A stretch of DNA of 63,660 bases, filler included, from Albugo candida (Eukaryota): NCBI GenBank assembly GCA_040437565.1. It is 34 parts of 34 records of this genome, joined end to end, with 100 filler letters (N's around TTAATTAATTAA, not from the genome) between each part and the next. Parts side by side here need not be neighbours in the genome. Positions count along the whole stretch, not along the records: positions 61,955 to 63,660 come from JBDOQK010000434.1; 33 more parts are not named here. One strand, written 5' to 3'. The notes beneath the pieces are model-generated. The model was not told the origin of the DNA. It made no database searches and saw only the letters and a list, made by a program, of their open reading frames with translations. Below are positions 62,647 through 63,660 of the stretch, piece after piece; position 1 is the stretch's first letter; every line of letters begins with the position of its first letter. The position numbers and the translations under genes were made by a program.

Positions 62647-63660
62647 TTATTGATTTTCTTCTATATTTTCATCTGGTTGAGTATTGGGAACACTACTGAA
62701 ATCAGTGAGCCAAGCAGGGTTAGAATCACTTCTACTGAAACTAACTTCTTTAAGAGTGTTCATAACACCTCCCCACAAATCACCGTGGTGCTTTCTTCTC
62801 CAAATGAACTCAATAAGTAACCAAGGAACCATTTTTTTGGTGCGAAGTCTTGGAGTTACATTCACTTTTATTCCATTCCAAGTACCTAAAACATACAATT
62901 AATAAGTTATGTATCAGTCAAAAATCACGAAATATAAAGCATTATTTAAATACAATTACCTTCAATAGTATTGGTATGTACATCACCATCTCTAAAAGTG
63001 ACACTATGGTTTACTCTTTGGTGCGTTAAATGCATACCTAATTCGGTCATTCGATTATAGGCCGCCCAACAATCCGTTCTAACGATTGATCCAGGAAGAA
63101 CAAACCTTTCGATAATGCTCAGTAAAGTAACCTGGTTGCGGTTTTCAACGACAATCATAAAACATTTACGTTCAGTAGTTAGCTCAACACCACCAACAAC
63201 CCAAACTCCTAATATATATAACAATAAATGTTAATAAATGATAATAAACAAATTATCAAAAGTGGATTATTATATATGAATACCTTCAACACGATGTCCT
63301 CTATGATATTTTCTTTTACCAAACTTTGATTCGTCAATTTCAACAATAACATTGGGCCCTCCAATTCTTACATCGTCATTTTTCAAATCTTCTTGTAATA
63401 TTTGGTACCATTTATCCAAAGTCAATCTAACTGTTGCAGGACTTACACCAACCATTCCTTTAATTGCAGTTCTTCTTAATTTCCATAACCAGAGGTATAT
63501 GATTGTCATTGTTTCAGATAATTTAATATTAATACCATAAAATAAAGTATCTGTTCTAATAGAACGAGAGGTCCCTGAGCAACAACGTTCACGAGTGTCA
63601 CGGTTGATTATACGGCCATTACATCTCCAACGAGCACCTCTTGAATTTCTATTATTCTCC
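62647..63660 (-). mobile_element. Merlin (IS1595/ISXO2-like) DDE transposase, spliced (5' partial)
   Basis: VEIDESKFGKRKYHRG, VRTDCWAAY, VNHS..F..VHTNTIEG|TW and EFIWRR. Introns at 63209-63283 and 62886-62959 restore the frame. Confidence 0.93.

Overview
This window is not one locus. It is 34 unrelated short contigs (about 1.84 kb falling to 1.71 kb, sorted by size) joined by identical 100-bp linkers (N44-TTAATTAATTAA-N44), so no adjacency across a linker is biological. At least three organisms appear to be mixed. (1) An AT-rich, intron-rich fungus, inferred to be Mucorales-like. Its contigs are mostly transposon fragments: three CACTA/EnSpm, two hAT, PIF/Harbinger, Merlin, Helitron, Ty3/Gypsy gag and chromodomain integrase, and a DUF6729-type gene. 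(2) A eukaryote of intermediate GC, inferred to be oomycete-like. It contributes GOS1, RCC1-repeat and CCHCR1-like genes, a tRNA-Arg, decayed Tc1/Tc3 elements, and myosin I and SerA pseudogenes. (3) One GC-rich alphaproteobacterial (Sphingomonad-like) contig with a Met/His/Cys-rich putative copper-handling gene pair and a PAS kinase cut by an IS21-family end. The best novelty candidates are a triplicated RNA hairpin with a compensatory base change inside a fungal first intron (7321-7639) and the bacterial GCCG-motif metal module (34433-35639). All family calls come from motif recognition by eye; no searches were run.
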